Origin: Acidobacteriota bacterium
Lineage (GTDB): Bacteria; Acidobacteriota; Blastocatellia; RBC074
Reading direction: 5' to 3'
DNA: 64,000 nucleotides
Assembly: GCA_018268995.1 (NCBI GenBank)
Contig: JAFDVL010000097.1
Span: 4,395-68,394 of the forward strand
Shown here one piece after another: positions 9,400 through 18,524 of the stretch. Both the position numbers and the translations under genes were made by a program. Under the pieces are notes generated by a model. That model was not told the origin of the DNA. It made no database searches and saw nothing but the letters and a program-made list of their open reading frames with translations. The first letter of the stretch is position 1; each line of letters starts with the position of its first letter.

Positions 9400-10262
9400 T
9401 ATTTCTCAAAATACAAATCCCTAATAAACGCCCCTTCGGTTGCGCCAGTAGCTAAGAAAATGGCTTTGCTGGAATCAGCACCGACATCAATCGTTGCCGT
9501 GCCGAGGTTGAGGCGATGGCCTTCGTGCGTGAGTTGCTGGTGCTGGCGCAATTTCAGCATGTCATAAGCGAAATGGGTTTTGGGATAGTCTACAAAACGG
9601 CCTTTGTTCGGGTCTTTGCGAAAGGCGAGCGGTTGGCGCACGATGACCAGTTCGCGGAAGACTTCGAGGATCGAAATACGTGTCCCCATTTTTTTATCCG
9701 AGAGCTTCAGCACGCGCACATAAGCTTCGTACAATTCCGCCAGAAGTTCGGCGTAATCTACTTTGCGTTCGCAGATGTCCTTGTACGCCTTTTGATAGGC
9801 GCTGACGACTTTCTCGACCTCCAACTTGATGGGTTTGGTGGCCAGTTGCCGCGAAAACGTGATTGAGACCTGTTTCTTGCGCAGGTCAGGTTCGACGAGG
9901 AACAATTCGGCAATCAATTTATTCGGCGGCCCGTCCAGCGTAATGCCGATGGTGCTGAAGGCTTCGCGCAAATCACGTGCAAAGGTAAACTCCAATTCAG
10001 CCAGATTTTCATCCGCAACGTCGCGCAACGCTTTGATCAGGTCGGTGTAGTTGTTGGGCAACGCAACTTCTTCAGGGGCATTTTCCAGCAGCGCGGTCGC
10101 TTCGTGCAGCGCCACTGCATTATTATGTGGGTCTTTAAGTGCGCGTTGCGCCTGATCCAACGGCTTGATGACGGCTTGGCGCACTTTCACTTCTCCGGCC
10201 AGTTGGCGACGAACTTCTCCAAGCCCCACCGCCAACGCGGAAACGTCCGCTGATTCACTCAT
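9399..10262 (-). CDS. Hypothetical protein, 287 aa, first gene of the ATPase/helicase operon (no domain recognised)
   Basis: ATG at 10262 is preceded by the SD AGGAGaaagcaaa. The listed longer ORF start at 10367 has no SD. The protein has a helical N-terminal third and a mixed alpha/beta C-terminal part ending ...GATEGAFIRDLYFEK. Confidence 0.65.
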   Translation of the reverse strand: MSESADVSALAVGLGEVRRQLAGEVKVRQAVIKPLDQAQRALKDPHNNAVALHEATALLENAPEEVALPNNYTDLIKALRDVADENLAELEFTFARDLREAFSTIGITLDGPPNKLIAELFLVEPDLRKKQVSITFSRQLATKPIKLEVEKVVSAYQKAYKDICERKVDYAELLAELYEAYVRVLKLSDKKMGTRISILEVFRELVIVRQPLAFRKDPNKGRFVDYPKTHFAYDMLKLRQHQQLTHEGHRLNLGTATIDVGADSSKAIFLATGATEGAFIRDLYFEK

Positions 10263-10377
10263 TTTGCTTTCTCCTATGTTGATTGTTGCTATAAAAAATC
10301 GGGTAAGTCTAAGCTGGAAATAGCCGAACACGCAAATTTTCGGGCAGGCCCTCCGCAGGGCCACCACAATTCGCTGA

Positions 10378-10406
10378 TTGAAAAAGCGGCCCTTCCACGG
10401 TATGCT
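10378..10406 (+). promoter_or_regulatory. Candidate sigma70-type promoter of lepA
   Basis: TTGAAA (10378-10383), a 17-nt spacer and TATGCT (10401-10406) lie about 43 nt upstream of the lepA ATG. Confidence 0.35.
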
Positions 10407-10448
10407 CTCTGCTTATTGCCTCAGTAAATATTGGTTTCTGTAGTTTTT

Positions 10449-12248
10449 ATGTCATCGAATCACATTCGCAATTTCTCTATCATCGCTCACATTGATCACG
10501 GCAAAACGACGCTTTCAGATCGCTTGCTGGAAGCTACTAATGCGCTTGAAGCCCGCGAAATGTCGGAACAGGTGCTGGACGCAATGGATCTGGAACGCGA
10601 ACGCGGCATCACGATTAAAGCGCACGCTGTGCGGTTGAATTACACAGCCCAGGACGGCAAAGATTATGTGCTGAACCTGATTGACACGCCGGGACACGTG
10701 GATTTTTCCTACGAAGTTTCGCGCTCCCTTTCGGCCTGTGAAGGCGCGTTGCTGGTCGTGGATGCTTCGCAAGGCGTCGAAGCGCAAACGCTGGCGAATA
10801 CTTATCTGGCGATTGATAACAACCTCGAAATCATTCCCGTTCTGAACAAAATTGATTTGCCCGGTGCTGAGCCGGAAAAGGTGCTGGAACAAATCGAACA
10901 CGTCGTCGGGCTTGGGGTTCATAACGCGGTGCAGGCGTCCGCTAAAAATGGCATCGGCATCACTGATATTCTGGAAGCCGTTGTGCGCGACATTCCGCCC
11001 CCCGCTGGTTCTGTTGATGCACCTCTCAAAGCGCTGATCTTTGATTCATGGTTTGACGCCTATCGTGGTGTGATCGTGATGGTGCGCATGATTGATGGCG
11101 AGTTGAAGCGTGGCATGAAGATTCGTTTGTGGGCGAAAGGCACAACTCACGAAATCGAAGATTTGGGTGTGTTGACGCCGAAGCCGCGCCCGATTGATCG
11201 TTTGCAGGCAGGCGAAGTGGGCTTCATCGTTGCCAATATCAAGACTGTTGCAGACGTGAGCATCGGCGATACCGTGACGGAAGAAAAACGTCCCACGGCA
11301 GAACCTTTCCCTGGCTTTCAGGAAATCAAACCGATGGTGTTTGCCGGGCTATATCCGACCGAGCCGAATCAATACGAAGAGTTGCGCGATGCACTGGAAA
11401 AATTACGGCTCAACGATGCGTCATTCTTTTTCGAGCCCGAAGTTTCTGCGGCGTTGGGCTTTGGTTTTCGCTGCGGCTTTCTTGGCCTCTTGCACATGGA
11501 AATCGTGCAGGAACGATTGGAACGCGAATTCAATGTTGACCTGATTACAACGGCTCCGGGCGTGCGCTATCGCGTGACTGACACAAAAGGCGAAGTCCAC
11601 GAAATTGATAACCCCTCAAAATGGCCTCCTGCGGGAAATGTGGCCAAAATCGAAGAGCCGATTATTCAGGCGATGATTATGACGAATGACGAATTCGTCG
11701 GAAACATTCTGGCCTTGCTCGACGAAAAGCGGGGAATTCAAAAAGGCTTTGATTACATCACGCCAACGCGATTGTTATTGACCTACGAAGTTCCGCTGAA
11801 CGAAATCGTGTTGGATTTTTATGATCGCCTGAAATCTGTTTCGCGCGGGTACGCTTCGCTGGATTATCATCTGGCGGGTTACCGGGACTCGAATCTGGTC
11901 AAGTTGGATGTGTTGGTTGCGGGCGAGCCGGTAGATGCCTTGTCTTTAATTGTCCACAAAGATTTTGCCTACACACGGGGCCGCTCGTTGGTTGAGAAGA
12001 TGCGGACGCTGATTCCACGGCAAATGTTTGAAGTGCCGATTCAGGCCGCCATTGGTTCGCACGTGATCGCGCGCGAAACCGTCAAAGCAATGGGTAAAAA
12101 CGTGCTGGCCAAATGTTACGGCGGCGATATTTCGCGCAAACGCAAACTGCTCGAAAAGCAGAAAGAAGGCAAGAAGCGCATGAAACGCGTCGGCAAAGTA
12201 GAAATTCCCCAGGAAGCCTTTTTAGCTGTGCTGAAAGTCAACGAGTAG
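10449..12248 (+). CDS. lepA: Translation elongation factor 4 (LepA)
   Basis: It carries [28 protein letters not shown] and NKID GTPase motifs. The characteristic LepA C-terminus ...[25 protein letters not shown] is present. Confidence 0.97.
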   Translation: MSSNHIRNFSIIAHIDHGKTTLSDRLLEATNALEAREMSEQVLDAMDLERERGITIKAHAVRLNYTAQDGKDYVLNLIDTPGHVDFSYEVSRSLSACEGALLVVDASQGVEAQTLANTYLAIDNNLEIIPVLNKIDLPGAEPEKVLEQIEHVVGLGVHNAVQASAKNGIGITDILEAVVRDIPPPAGSVDAPLKALIFDSWFDAYRGVIVMVRMIDGELKRGMKIRLWAKGTTHEIEDLGVLTPKPRPIDRLQAGEVGFIVANIKTVADVSIGDTVTEEKRPTAEPFPGFQEIKPMVFAGLYPTEPNQYEELRDALEKLRLNDASFFFEPEVSAALGFGFRCGFLGLLHMEIVQERLEREFNVDLITTAPGVRYRVTDTKGEVHEIDNPSKWPPAGNVAKIEEPIIQAMIMTNDEFVGNILALLDEKRGIQKGFDYITPTRLLLTYEVPLNEIVLDFYDRLKSVSRGYASLDYHLAGYRDSNLVKLDVLVAGEPVDALSLIVHKDFAYTRGRSLVEKMRTLIPRQMFEVPIQAAIGSHVIARETVKAMGKNVLAKCYGGDISRKRKLLEKQKEGKKRMKRVGKVEIPQEAFLAVLKVNE

Positions 12249-12249
12249 T

Positions 12250-12335
12250 TTGTCATCAGTCACTGGTCATGTGTCATTTGTTTCTCTTCGTAAACAATGA
12301 ATGACACATGACCAATGATTAATGACCAATGATAT
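12250..12335. repeat. Heptad-periodic hairpin element between lepA and the next gene
   Basis: GTCA recurs every 7 nt (tttGTCAtcaGTCActgGTCAtgtGTCAttt), and the opposite arm has TGAC every 7 nt. The perfect 15-bp stem pairs tggtcatgtgtcatt (12264-12278) with aatgacacatgacca (12300-12314). Confidence 0.6.
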
Positions 12336-13002
12336 GATTATCCCAATCTTTCCTTTAACTATTGTCCAGTTTCCTGGGGTCATCACGCCACTTCACATCT
12401 TTGAGCCGCGCTATCGCAAGATGATGAAAGATATTCTGGCTGCTGATAAAACGTTCGGCATTCTTTATCCCGGTGAAGGGAAAGAAGACGAGACGCCGGA
12501 AATTCACCGCGTTGGTTGCACAGTGGAAGTCATCGCACACGAAGAACAATCGGATGGCCGCTCCAATATTTTATGTGCCGGGAAAGATCGCTTTCGCATT
12601 CTAAAGTTAATCGAAGGCGAGCCGTACTATCAGGCCGAAGTGGAAGTTTTTGAAGATGACTTGACCTTTGACAGTTTGACGGAGCCGACTGAGCGCGCCA
12701 AAGAATTGTTCCTGCGAATCATTGCTGCGGGCAAGAAAATGCGCGACCTCAGCGAAGCCGAAGAAAATCAAACGCCTGATTTGCCAGACGATTCGGTTGC
12801 CTTGTCCTTTATCATTTCCGCCAGTCTGGACGTGGAGTTGGACGAAAAACAACTCTGGCTGGAGATGACCAGCACTGGTCGCCGCTTGAGTATCTTAAGC
12901 AATCATTTGAAAGAATTGGTCGAAACTTACGAACTGCGCGCACAGGTGCATAAAATCGCCAGAACCAACGGGCGCGCCGGAAAGCCTCCTGACATTGCCT
13001 AG
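12334..13002 (+). CDS. LON N-terminal (substrate-binding) domain protein
   Basis: The motif IPIFPLTIVQFPGVITPLHIFEPRYRKMM is typical of the Lon N domain. The start is set at 12334 because the 12322 ATG lies inside the heptamer repeat. Confidence 0.8.
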   Translation: MIIPIFPLTIVQFPGVITPLHIFEPRYRKMMKDILAADKTFGILYPGEGKEDETPEIHRVGCTVEVIAHEEQSDGRSNILCAGKDRFRILKLIEGEPYYQAEVEVFEDDLTFDSLTEPTERAKELFLRIIAAGKKMRDLSEAEENQTPDLPDDSVALSFIISASLDVELDEKQLWLEMTSTGRRLSILSNHLKELVETYELRAQVHKIARTNGRAGKPPDIA

Positions 13003-13130
13003 CCACTCCGCGACTTAGATGCCACATCTTTGTTGCCCTCGAATTTCTGTTTGATCTTCCCCTGCTTTACGCATAAGCTTTTTTCGCCCTCAAGAATTCC
13101 GGGTGATTTATGCAATTTGTGGGTCGCTAT

Positions 13131-13781
13131 ATGAAACGATCTGTCATTATTTGTCTGTTTGTTTTGACTGGTTGTGCCAGCTTTTCGGCGCAGGTTCTTC
13201 CCCAAAAAGAAGCTTCTCCGGCGCTGCAATCAACCAAACAAAATACGAAGGTTACTTCAACTGATAAGCTCATTGCCGCAGCCGTTGAGCAGGTTGGCAT
13301 TACGACAGAATACGATCCGGCGTATGTGAAGCTGACGTACCCAAACGGCGATGTGCCCGTCAAAACGGGCGTTTGCGCGGATGTTATTGTGCGGGCATTT
13401 CGCAAGGTGGAAGTAGATTTACAAAAAGAATTGCACGAAGACATGAAACGCAACTTTGCCAGATACCCGAAAAAATGGAAGGCCAGGGCACCTGACACGA
13501 ATATTGACCATCGGCGTGTTCCAAATTTGATGACGTGGTTTGACCGGAAAGGAAAGGCTTTGCCGCTCAGCACCGATGCCAAGGATTATTTGCCCGGCGA
13601 TGTTGTGGCGTGGGATTTGGGCGGCGGGCTGACGCACATCGGTTTGGTTTCTGACCTGAAAGCGGATGGTCAGAATCGTTATTTGATCGTGCATAATATT
13701 GGCTCCGGCGCACAAATCGAAGATCGCTTGTTTGATTGGAAAGTGATCGGGCGGTATCGGTATTTTGGCTCATCGAAATAA
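13131..13781 (+). CDS. DUF1287 family lipoprotein
   Basis: It has a lipobox (FVLTGCAS). The core reads YDPAYVKLTYPNGDVPVKTGVCADVIVRAFRK ... DHRRVPNLMTWF. Confidence 0.8.
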   Translation: MKRSVIICLFVLTGCASFSAQVLPQKEASPALQSTKQNTKVTSTDKLIAAAVEQVGITTEYDPAYVKLTYPNGDVPVKTGVCADVIVRAFRKVEVDLQKELHEDMKRNFARYPKKWKARAPDTNIDHRRVPNLMTWFDRKGKALPLSTDAKDYLPGDVVAWDLGGGLTHIGLVSDLKADGQNRYLIVHNIGSGAQIEDRLFDWKVIGRYRYFGSSK

Positions 13782-13823
13782 AGAGGCAAGGCGGAAGCCT
13801 GACTGTGAAGGCGGGCATTTTTT

Positions 13824-14288
13824 ATGAAGGAATTATTGATAACAACTTTCTTGATCTTTGCGCTTCCTCTTTCTTCGACTCGTGCTGATTTTGCAACTGA
13901 TGCAGTCAAAATCGGCTTCATCAAAAATCGTGGCGAATTTGATGGTTGTGGCTGTTCCTTGTGGCTTGCGACAGATCGCAAGCAGCGCGAATCGCGGCTG
14001 GTATTTGTGGATGATTTGGGAGAAACCGCTCTGATGAATATTGATGGGAAGGACGTGAAGCTGCCTCATCTCAGGCACTATGAACGTCAGGCAAAGCTGA
14101 AAGTCGGAGACAAGTCGTGGTGGGAATATCAAAAGAATGACCTCAAAGTGCGTCTGGATTTTGTCGTCACGAAAGTTTGTCCGCCAAAGGATGAAAGTTG
14201 TGAAGTCACACATTACAATGCGCAACTTTCCGTGACACGCGGAGCGCAAAAACAAATTCTAAAAACTAAAGGAACGTGTGGTTGTTAA
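13824..14288 (+). CDS. Hypothetical secreted protein, 154 aa
   Basis: It has the signal peptide MKELLITTFLIFALPLSSTRA. Cys motifs are DGCGCSLW and a terminal KGTCGC. No family was recognised. Confidence 0.55.
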   Translation: MKELLITTFLIFALPLSSTRADFATDAVKIGFIKNRGEFDGCGCSLWLATDRKQRESRLVFVDDLGETALMNIDGKDVKLPHLRHYERQAKLKVGDKSWWEYQKNDLKVRLDFVVTKVCPPKDESCEVTHYNAQLSVTRGAQKQILKTKGTCGC

Positions 14289-14312
14289 TTTTGTCAACCA
14301 ATCAAACTGCTT

Positions 14313-15575
14313 ATGAATTTTCCTGCCCCTTTGTCGAGTCGCTGGCTATTGCTTGTACTGATCTTGTCCCTTTCTTTCTCTCTTCTTTCTTCCTGCCAGC
14401 GTAAACGCGACATTAATACCTTGCCCGGCATTTGGAACGGCACGATCTATTTGAAAAACCGTGATGAAGTGCCCATGAAACTTGAACTAAAAGTCGAGGG
14501 CAACAACGTCATTGGCACCATTCTCAATGGCGAAGAACGCCTGACTTCTACCAGCGGATCGTTTGACGGAACAAATCTGAAGCTCAAATTTGATTACTAT
14601 GACGCAGAGCTGGAGGCCGGATTTGCACGCCGCGAATTGATCGGCAAAATCACTCGCACCTGGCATCAGACCAAGATGGTACGCGAACTAAAAATGTGGA
14701 AGGGCGGGGAACCCATGATTGTGCCTGCTGCGGCGGAGGGCAAAGATGTCAGCGGCGAATGGGAGATGAAAGTGGGTGAAGGCGAGCAACAGAAAACATG
14801 GCGCTTCGCCGTGCAACAGAAAGATGGCGCGTTGACGGGCACCATTCTTACGCCTTCAGGTGACTGGGGAACCATGGCCGGGCAATTTGCTTATGGCAAA
14901 TTACAAGTGAATAGGTTTGATGTTATCAACGCTCGTTTATTTCGTGCCAAGCTCAACGAACAGGATCAGCTTGAAGGAATGGTAGATTTGGGGCAGGGCG
15001 ATGCGCCGCGCAAAGTTATCGCAACCCGTGTTTCGACTTCAGCTCCGGTTGCGACCCAGAACACTCGTGTCCAAAATCCATTGGAACCCTTCAAATTCAG
15101 TGGCCTTGATCTACAAGGAAAAACTGTTACCTCAGACGATCCGCGATTCAAGAACAAAGTTGTGCTGATGGAAATTACTGGCACCTGGTGCCCGAATTGT
15201 TATGACGAAGCGCCACTGCTGAAAGATTTATATGCCCGTTATCAATCGCAGGGACTGGAAGTTTTGGGACTGTCGTTTGAATACACTGGCGACACGAAAC
15301 GAGACTTGGAGCAGGTCAAAATCTTCAATCAAAAACACGGCATCCCCTATTTGATGCTGCTGGGCGGCTCGACGGAAAACAATGATGTGCAAAAGAAACT
15401 GCCCCAGTTGGAAAACTTCGGCGCGTACCCGACCACGATTTTTATTGGGCGGGACGGACGTGCGAAGAAAATCCATGCGGGTTTTGATGGCCCTGCGACG
15501 GGCGAGCGGCATACGCGGCTGAAGGCGGAATTTGAAGAGACGGTAAAAGAGCTACTGAAAGGAACTGGCGAGTAA
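14313..15575 (+). CDS. TlpA-like thioredoxin-fold lipoprotein (thiol:disulfide oxidoreductase family) with a duplicated N-terminal domain
   Basis: It has a lipobox (LLSSCQ). The CxxC motif is [13 protein letters not shown], followed by a redoxin-like C-terminal region. Confidence 0.8.
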   Translation: MNFPAPLSSRWLLLVLILSLSFSLLSSCQRKRDINTLPGIWNGTIYLKNRDEVPMKLELKVEGNNVIGTILNGEERLTSTSGSFDGTNLKLKFDYYDAELEAGFARRELIGKITRTWHQTKMVRELKMWKGGEPMIVPAAAEGKDVSGEWEMKVGEGEQQKTWRFAVQQKDGALTGTILTPSGDWGTMAGQFAYGKLQVNRFDVINARLFRAKLNEQDQLEGMVDLGQGDAPRKVIATRVSTSAPVATQNTRVQNPLEPFKFSGLDLQGKTVTSDDPRFKNKVVLMEITGTWCPNCYDEAPLLKDLYARYQSQGLEVLGLSFEYTGDTKRDLEQVKIFNQKHGIPYLMLLGGSTENNDVQKKLPQLENFGAYPTTIFIGRDGRAKKIHAGFDGPATGERHTRLKAEFEETVKELLKGTGE

Positions 15576-15660
15576 CCTGCCGTCATAAATTACTTTCGAA
15601 GAACGTTTATTTTCTTTGCAGGATTTTTCTGATAGCTCGTTCTTCCTTCGGAGGTAATTT

Positions 15661-16620
15661 ATGAAATCAGCAAGCATCAGCCTTTTCGTTTGTTTTTGCC
15701 TTTTAGTAACTTCCTGTAGTCGAGCCAGCCAAAATGCACCCGTCTCCACGAATGTTGCATCTGGTGATTACCGCTTGGGAGAACCTACCTTGCAGGCTGA
15801 CTCAGACGGCCTTACCGGTGGCTCAAAAGTAATTGCTACAAAAGCAACGGCTCAGCCGGAGCAAGTAAAAGAGCAGTCAACGCAAATTTCTGAACCGCAA
15901 CCCACTGACCGCAAAATTATTCGCAACGGCGAATTCACAATAGAGTCCAAAAATCCCACTGAAGATCAGCGCAAAATCCAAGCCATCGCCGAATCCTTTG
16001 GCGGCTTTGTTGTGACCTCTGAGTTTCAGCAAAGCACAGCTTATGTCAGCACGGTTAGTGTGATCGTGCGCGTGCCTTCAGCTCAATTCCAAGCCGCAAC
16101 GGACAAGATTCGGGGTGTAGGCAGTCAAGTTTTGCGCGAAAAGATTTCTGGCAAGGACGTGACAGAAGAATACGTTGATCTTGAGGCACAGTTGCGCGCC
16201 AAAAAGGCATTAGAAGCGCAATTCCTTGAAATCATGAAACAGGCGCGCAAAGTGGAAGACGCGCTTTCAGTTCAGGAGAAACTTTCCGAAGTGCGAACAG
16301 AAATCGAACGGCTGGAAGGTCGTCGTCGTTATCTGGACAATCAGGCGACTCTTTCCACCATCAATGTTGGGTTGCAAACCCCAGCGCCTTTGGTGGCAGC
16401 CACGCAAACGGGCTTTTGGGCCAGTGTTAAGAATTCCTTTGGCGATGGCGTGGATGTGGCGGTTTCCATCGTGCTTGGGTTCATTCATTTCGTGATTGTG
16501 ATGTTGCCAGTGTTCGTTTTGATTCTGCTGCCAGTGGGATTGCTTTTACGTTATTGCTGGCGTCGGTTTGGTTGGCAACGATTCTTCAAGAAAGAACCGA
16601 GAGTTGAGGCGGAAGCTTGA
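15661..16620 (+). CDS. DUF4349 domain lipoprotein
   Basis: It has a lipobox (LLVTSCS). The motif DRKIIRNGEFTIESKNP, a coiled-coil middle region and a C-terminal TM segment (IVLGFIHFVIVMLPVFVLILLPVGLLL) are present. Confidence 0.75.
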   Translation: MKSASISLFVCFCLLVTSCSRASQNAPVSTNVASGDYRLGEPTLQADSDGLTGGSKVIATKATAQPEQVKEQSTQISEPQPTDRKIIRNGEFTIESKNPTEDQRKIQAIAESFGGFVVTSEFQQSTAYVSTVSVIVRVPSAQFQAATDKIRGVGSQVLREKISGKDVTEEYVDLEAQLRAKKALEAQFLEIMKQARKVEDALSVQEKLSEVRTEIERLEGRRRYLDNQATLSTINVGLQTPAPLVAATQTGFWASVKNSFGDGVDVAVSIVLGFIHFVIVMLPVFVLILLPVGLLLRYCWRRFGWQRFFKKEPRVEAEA

Positions 16621-16830
16621 CTGTGAAGGAGGGCGTGTGAGTTTTAGCGCCCTTACTGTCAGGCTTCTGCCAGGGGAACATGCCTTCTGTCAGGGCAAAA
16701 ACACGCTTTTACAGTCAGGCTTCTGCCAGGGCAAAAGGCAAAAAACACGCCCTTACAGTCGGGCTTCTGCCAGGGCAAAGGCAAAAAACACGCCCTCCTT
16801 ACAGTCGGGCTTCTGCCAGGGCAAAGGCAA
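16608..16830. repeat. REP-like element array: one forward half-site plus four tandem ~46-bp reverse-orientation units
   Basis: The forward half-site is ggcggaagcttgactgtgaaggagggcg (16608-16635). Units of the type ttacagtc(a/g)ggcttctgccagggcaaa(a)ggcaaaaaacacgccc start near 16653, 16709, 16753 and 16799. A single related copy lies at 13790-13816. Confidence 0.7.
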
Positions 16831-16838
16831 ATGCCGAA

Positions 16839-16881
16839 CGGGCTGACTTGATCATTTGACCAAGTCAGCCCGTGCTTTTTC
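16839..16881 (+). terminator. Rho-independent terminator (may also serve the convergent minus-strand gene)
   Basis: A 12-bp perfect stem pairs cgggctgacttg with caagtcagcccg around a 10-nt loop. It is followed by tgctttttc. Confidence 0.75.
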
Positions 16882-16897
16882 GGTAGCTCGACAAACG

Positions 16898-17536
16898 TTA
16901 TTCGTCTGCCGAGTCTTTGTCTCGATTCCGCTTTTTGAGCAGGGAAGCCAGCCCTGCCAACCCACTGCCGAGTAATACCAGCGTGGTTGGTTCAGGCACG
17001 GGGGTCATCGGAAGTTTAGCGATAAACTCCTGCGGGCTGCTGTTGCTGCAATCAACGGGGGTGTAAACGCGGAATCCTGAGAAATCGTAGTTACTAAGGT
17101 TTACAGCCTTGGCTAAATTAATCCAATTGGCTGCGCCTTGTGCGACGGGAGTTGAAGGGGTAAATAAGCCCCAAATCGCAAATTGAATATCACCTGTTGC
17201 TGATGGGTTGAGCGCGAATTGATCAAACAGCCAGGCGGCTTGTTGATATTTCGCTACGGCATCGGCCACATTCGCAAAGCGAGCATTGCTGAGATCATTG
17301 AACAGGCTCACCGTCGCCGTCCAGGTTTGGCCGACAGACACGTGATGGGCGAAATCATCGCAAACCATTTTGATCGGCGTGCCATTGATTGATCCACTCG
17401 CTGGTCCGACGTGGTATCCACCCTGCATGGTCGGATTGACGCCCGTAAGTTGCAGGGTGATGGTATCGGCGTGCGCAACGGGTGAGACGCTGAAGCTGGC
17501 CACAAGAATTGCAAAGAGACAAAATAGCGTTTTCAT
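16898..17536 (-). CDS. PEP-CTERM sorting-domain secreted protein
   Basis: It has the signal peptide MKTLFCLFAILVASFSVSPVAHA. The C-terminus reads PVPEPTTLVLLGSGLAGLASLLKKRNR (PEP motif, TM segment and basic tail). Confidence 0.85.
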   Translation of the reverse strand: MKTLFCLFAILVASFSVSPVAHADTITLQLTGVNPTMQGGYHVGPASGSINGTPIKMVCDDFAHHVSVGQTWTATVSLFNDLSNARFANVADAVAKYQQAAWLFDQFALNPSATGDIQFAIWGLFTPSTPVAQGAANWINLAKAVNLSNYDFSGFRVYTPVDCSNSSPQEFIAKLPMTPVPEPTTLVLLGSGLAGLASLLKKRNRDKDSADE

Positions 17537-17826
17537 CGGTAGTAGTTCCAACTATTAATCAATAAGTCATTCTTTAACTTGTTGGGTTGTGCCGGGGCTG
17601 CACAGCGGCAGAAGGGGCGTGGGGAAACTTTTCACTCGTCGTTTATTTCTTCAGCGCAACGACTTCTTTTTGATATGTGTAAGAGCTGCGCATTTCCATT
17701 TTTACAAGTAAATATCGGGGCACGATCAAACATCCTTTCAACTTCGGGAACGAGTGAAAGGTACTGTGCTGAGGTAACAGATTTCTTGCTAAACGATGGT
17801 AATTCGTCTGCGCTCTCGGAAAGTTG

Positions 17827-18444
17827 CTACATTTCCTGTTGCTGTCCAACCGGACAGTAATCCAACAGGCAGCAACGATTGCATTGCGGATTACGAGGAT
17901 GGCAAATACGGCGTCCGTGATGAATCAGATTGATGTGGAGGGAGAGATGTTTATGCGGTGGAATCAGTGGGGCGAGAAGTTGATGCGCCTGTTCGTCGCT
18001 GCACTTTTGCGGAATGATCTCCAGCCGACGCGCAATGCGAAAGATATGGGTATCCATCGGGAAGACCGGCAGATCACAAGCAAAAAGCAAAACACAACGT
18101 GCTGTTTTTGGCCCTACACCTTTGAGCGAGGTCAGAAATTTCAAAGCTTCCGCTGCTCCAAGACTGCGTAAAAACGATAAATCCAAAGTCCCACAGCGTG
18201 CTTTGATCTCTTGCAGAATATTTTTGATGACGACGGATTTGACGTTTGCCAGCCCGCCTGATTTGATTGCCTCGGCGATGGTGGCAGGGCGTGCGCGTCG
18301 AACCTGCTCCCACGCCGGAAAGCGTTTTTTCAGGCTTTCAAAGGCCCGCTGGCTGTTAACGTTGGTGGTGGACTGCGAGAGAATCGTCGCAATCAGTTCG
18401 TCCAGTGGATCAAGGTTTTGATACGGGGCTGGAACGCCATACAC
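17827..18444 (-). CDS. nth: Endonuclease III-like HhH-GPD DNA glycosylase with a 4Fe-4S cluster loop
   Basis: The HhH motif LKGVGPKTARCVLLF carries the catalytic Lys, and MDTHIFRIA carries the Asp. The C-terminal cluster motif is CHPRNPQCNRCCLLDYC. Confidence 0.8.
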   Translation of the reverse strand: MYGVPAPYQNLDPLDELIATILSQSTTNVNSQRAFESLKKRFPAWEQVRRARPATIAEAIKSGGLANVKSVVIKNILQEIKARCGTLDLSFLRSLGAAEALKFLTSLKGVGPKTARCVLLFACDLPVFPMDTHIFRIARRLEIIPQKCSDEQAHQLLAPLIPPHKHLSLHINLIHHGRRICHPRNPQCNRCCLLDYCPVGQQQEM

Positions 18445-18524
18445 GGCTTCGAGATTTTGGACGATGTAGTTAAGTTGGGGCTGTTCCGTATCCAGAAGAG
18501 TTAAGATTTGAAATGGCCAGCTTT

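Noticed and set aside
4408-10262. Calling the operon type 6 BREX or canonical Shango
   Set aside because: No PglX methyltransferase, PglZ, BrxA/B/C or BrxE-like gene is present anywhere in the 64-kb window. The lead gene shows no TerB features I can recognise. I therefore report it as a related but distinct module rather than assigning a known system name.
16653-16830. Possible CRISPR array (regularly spaced ~46-bp repeats)
   Set aside because: The units are contiguous, with only short A-rich linkers and no unique spacers of comparable length. The repeat is also found singly at 13790-13816 and 16608-16635, and no cas genes are present. It behaves like a REP/BIME-type element.
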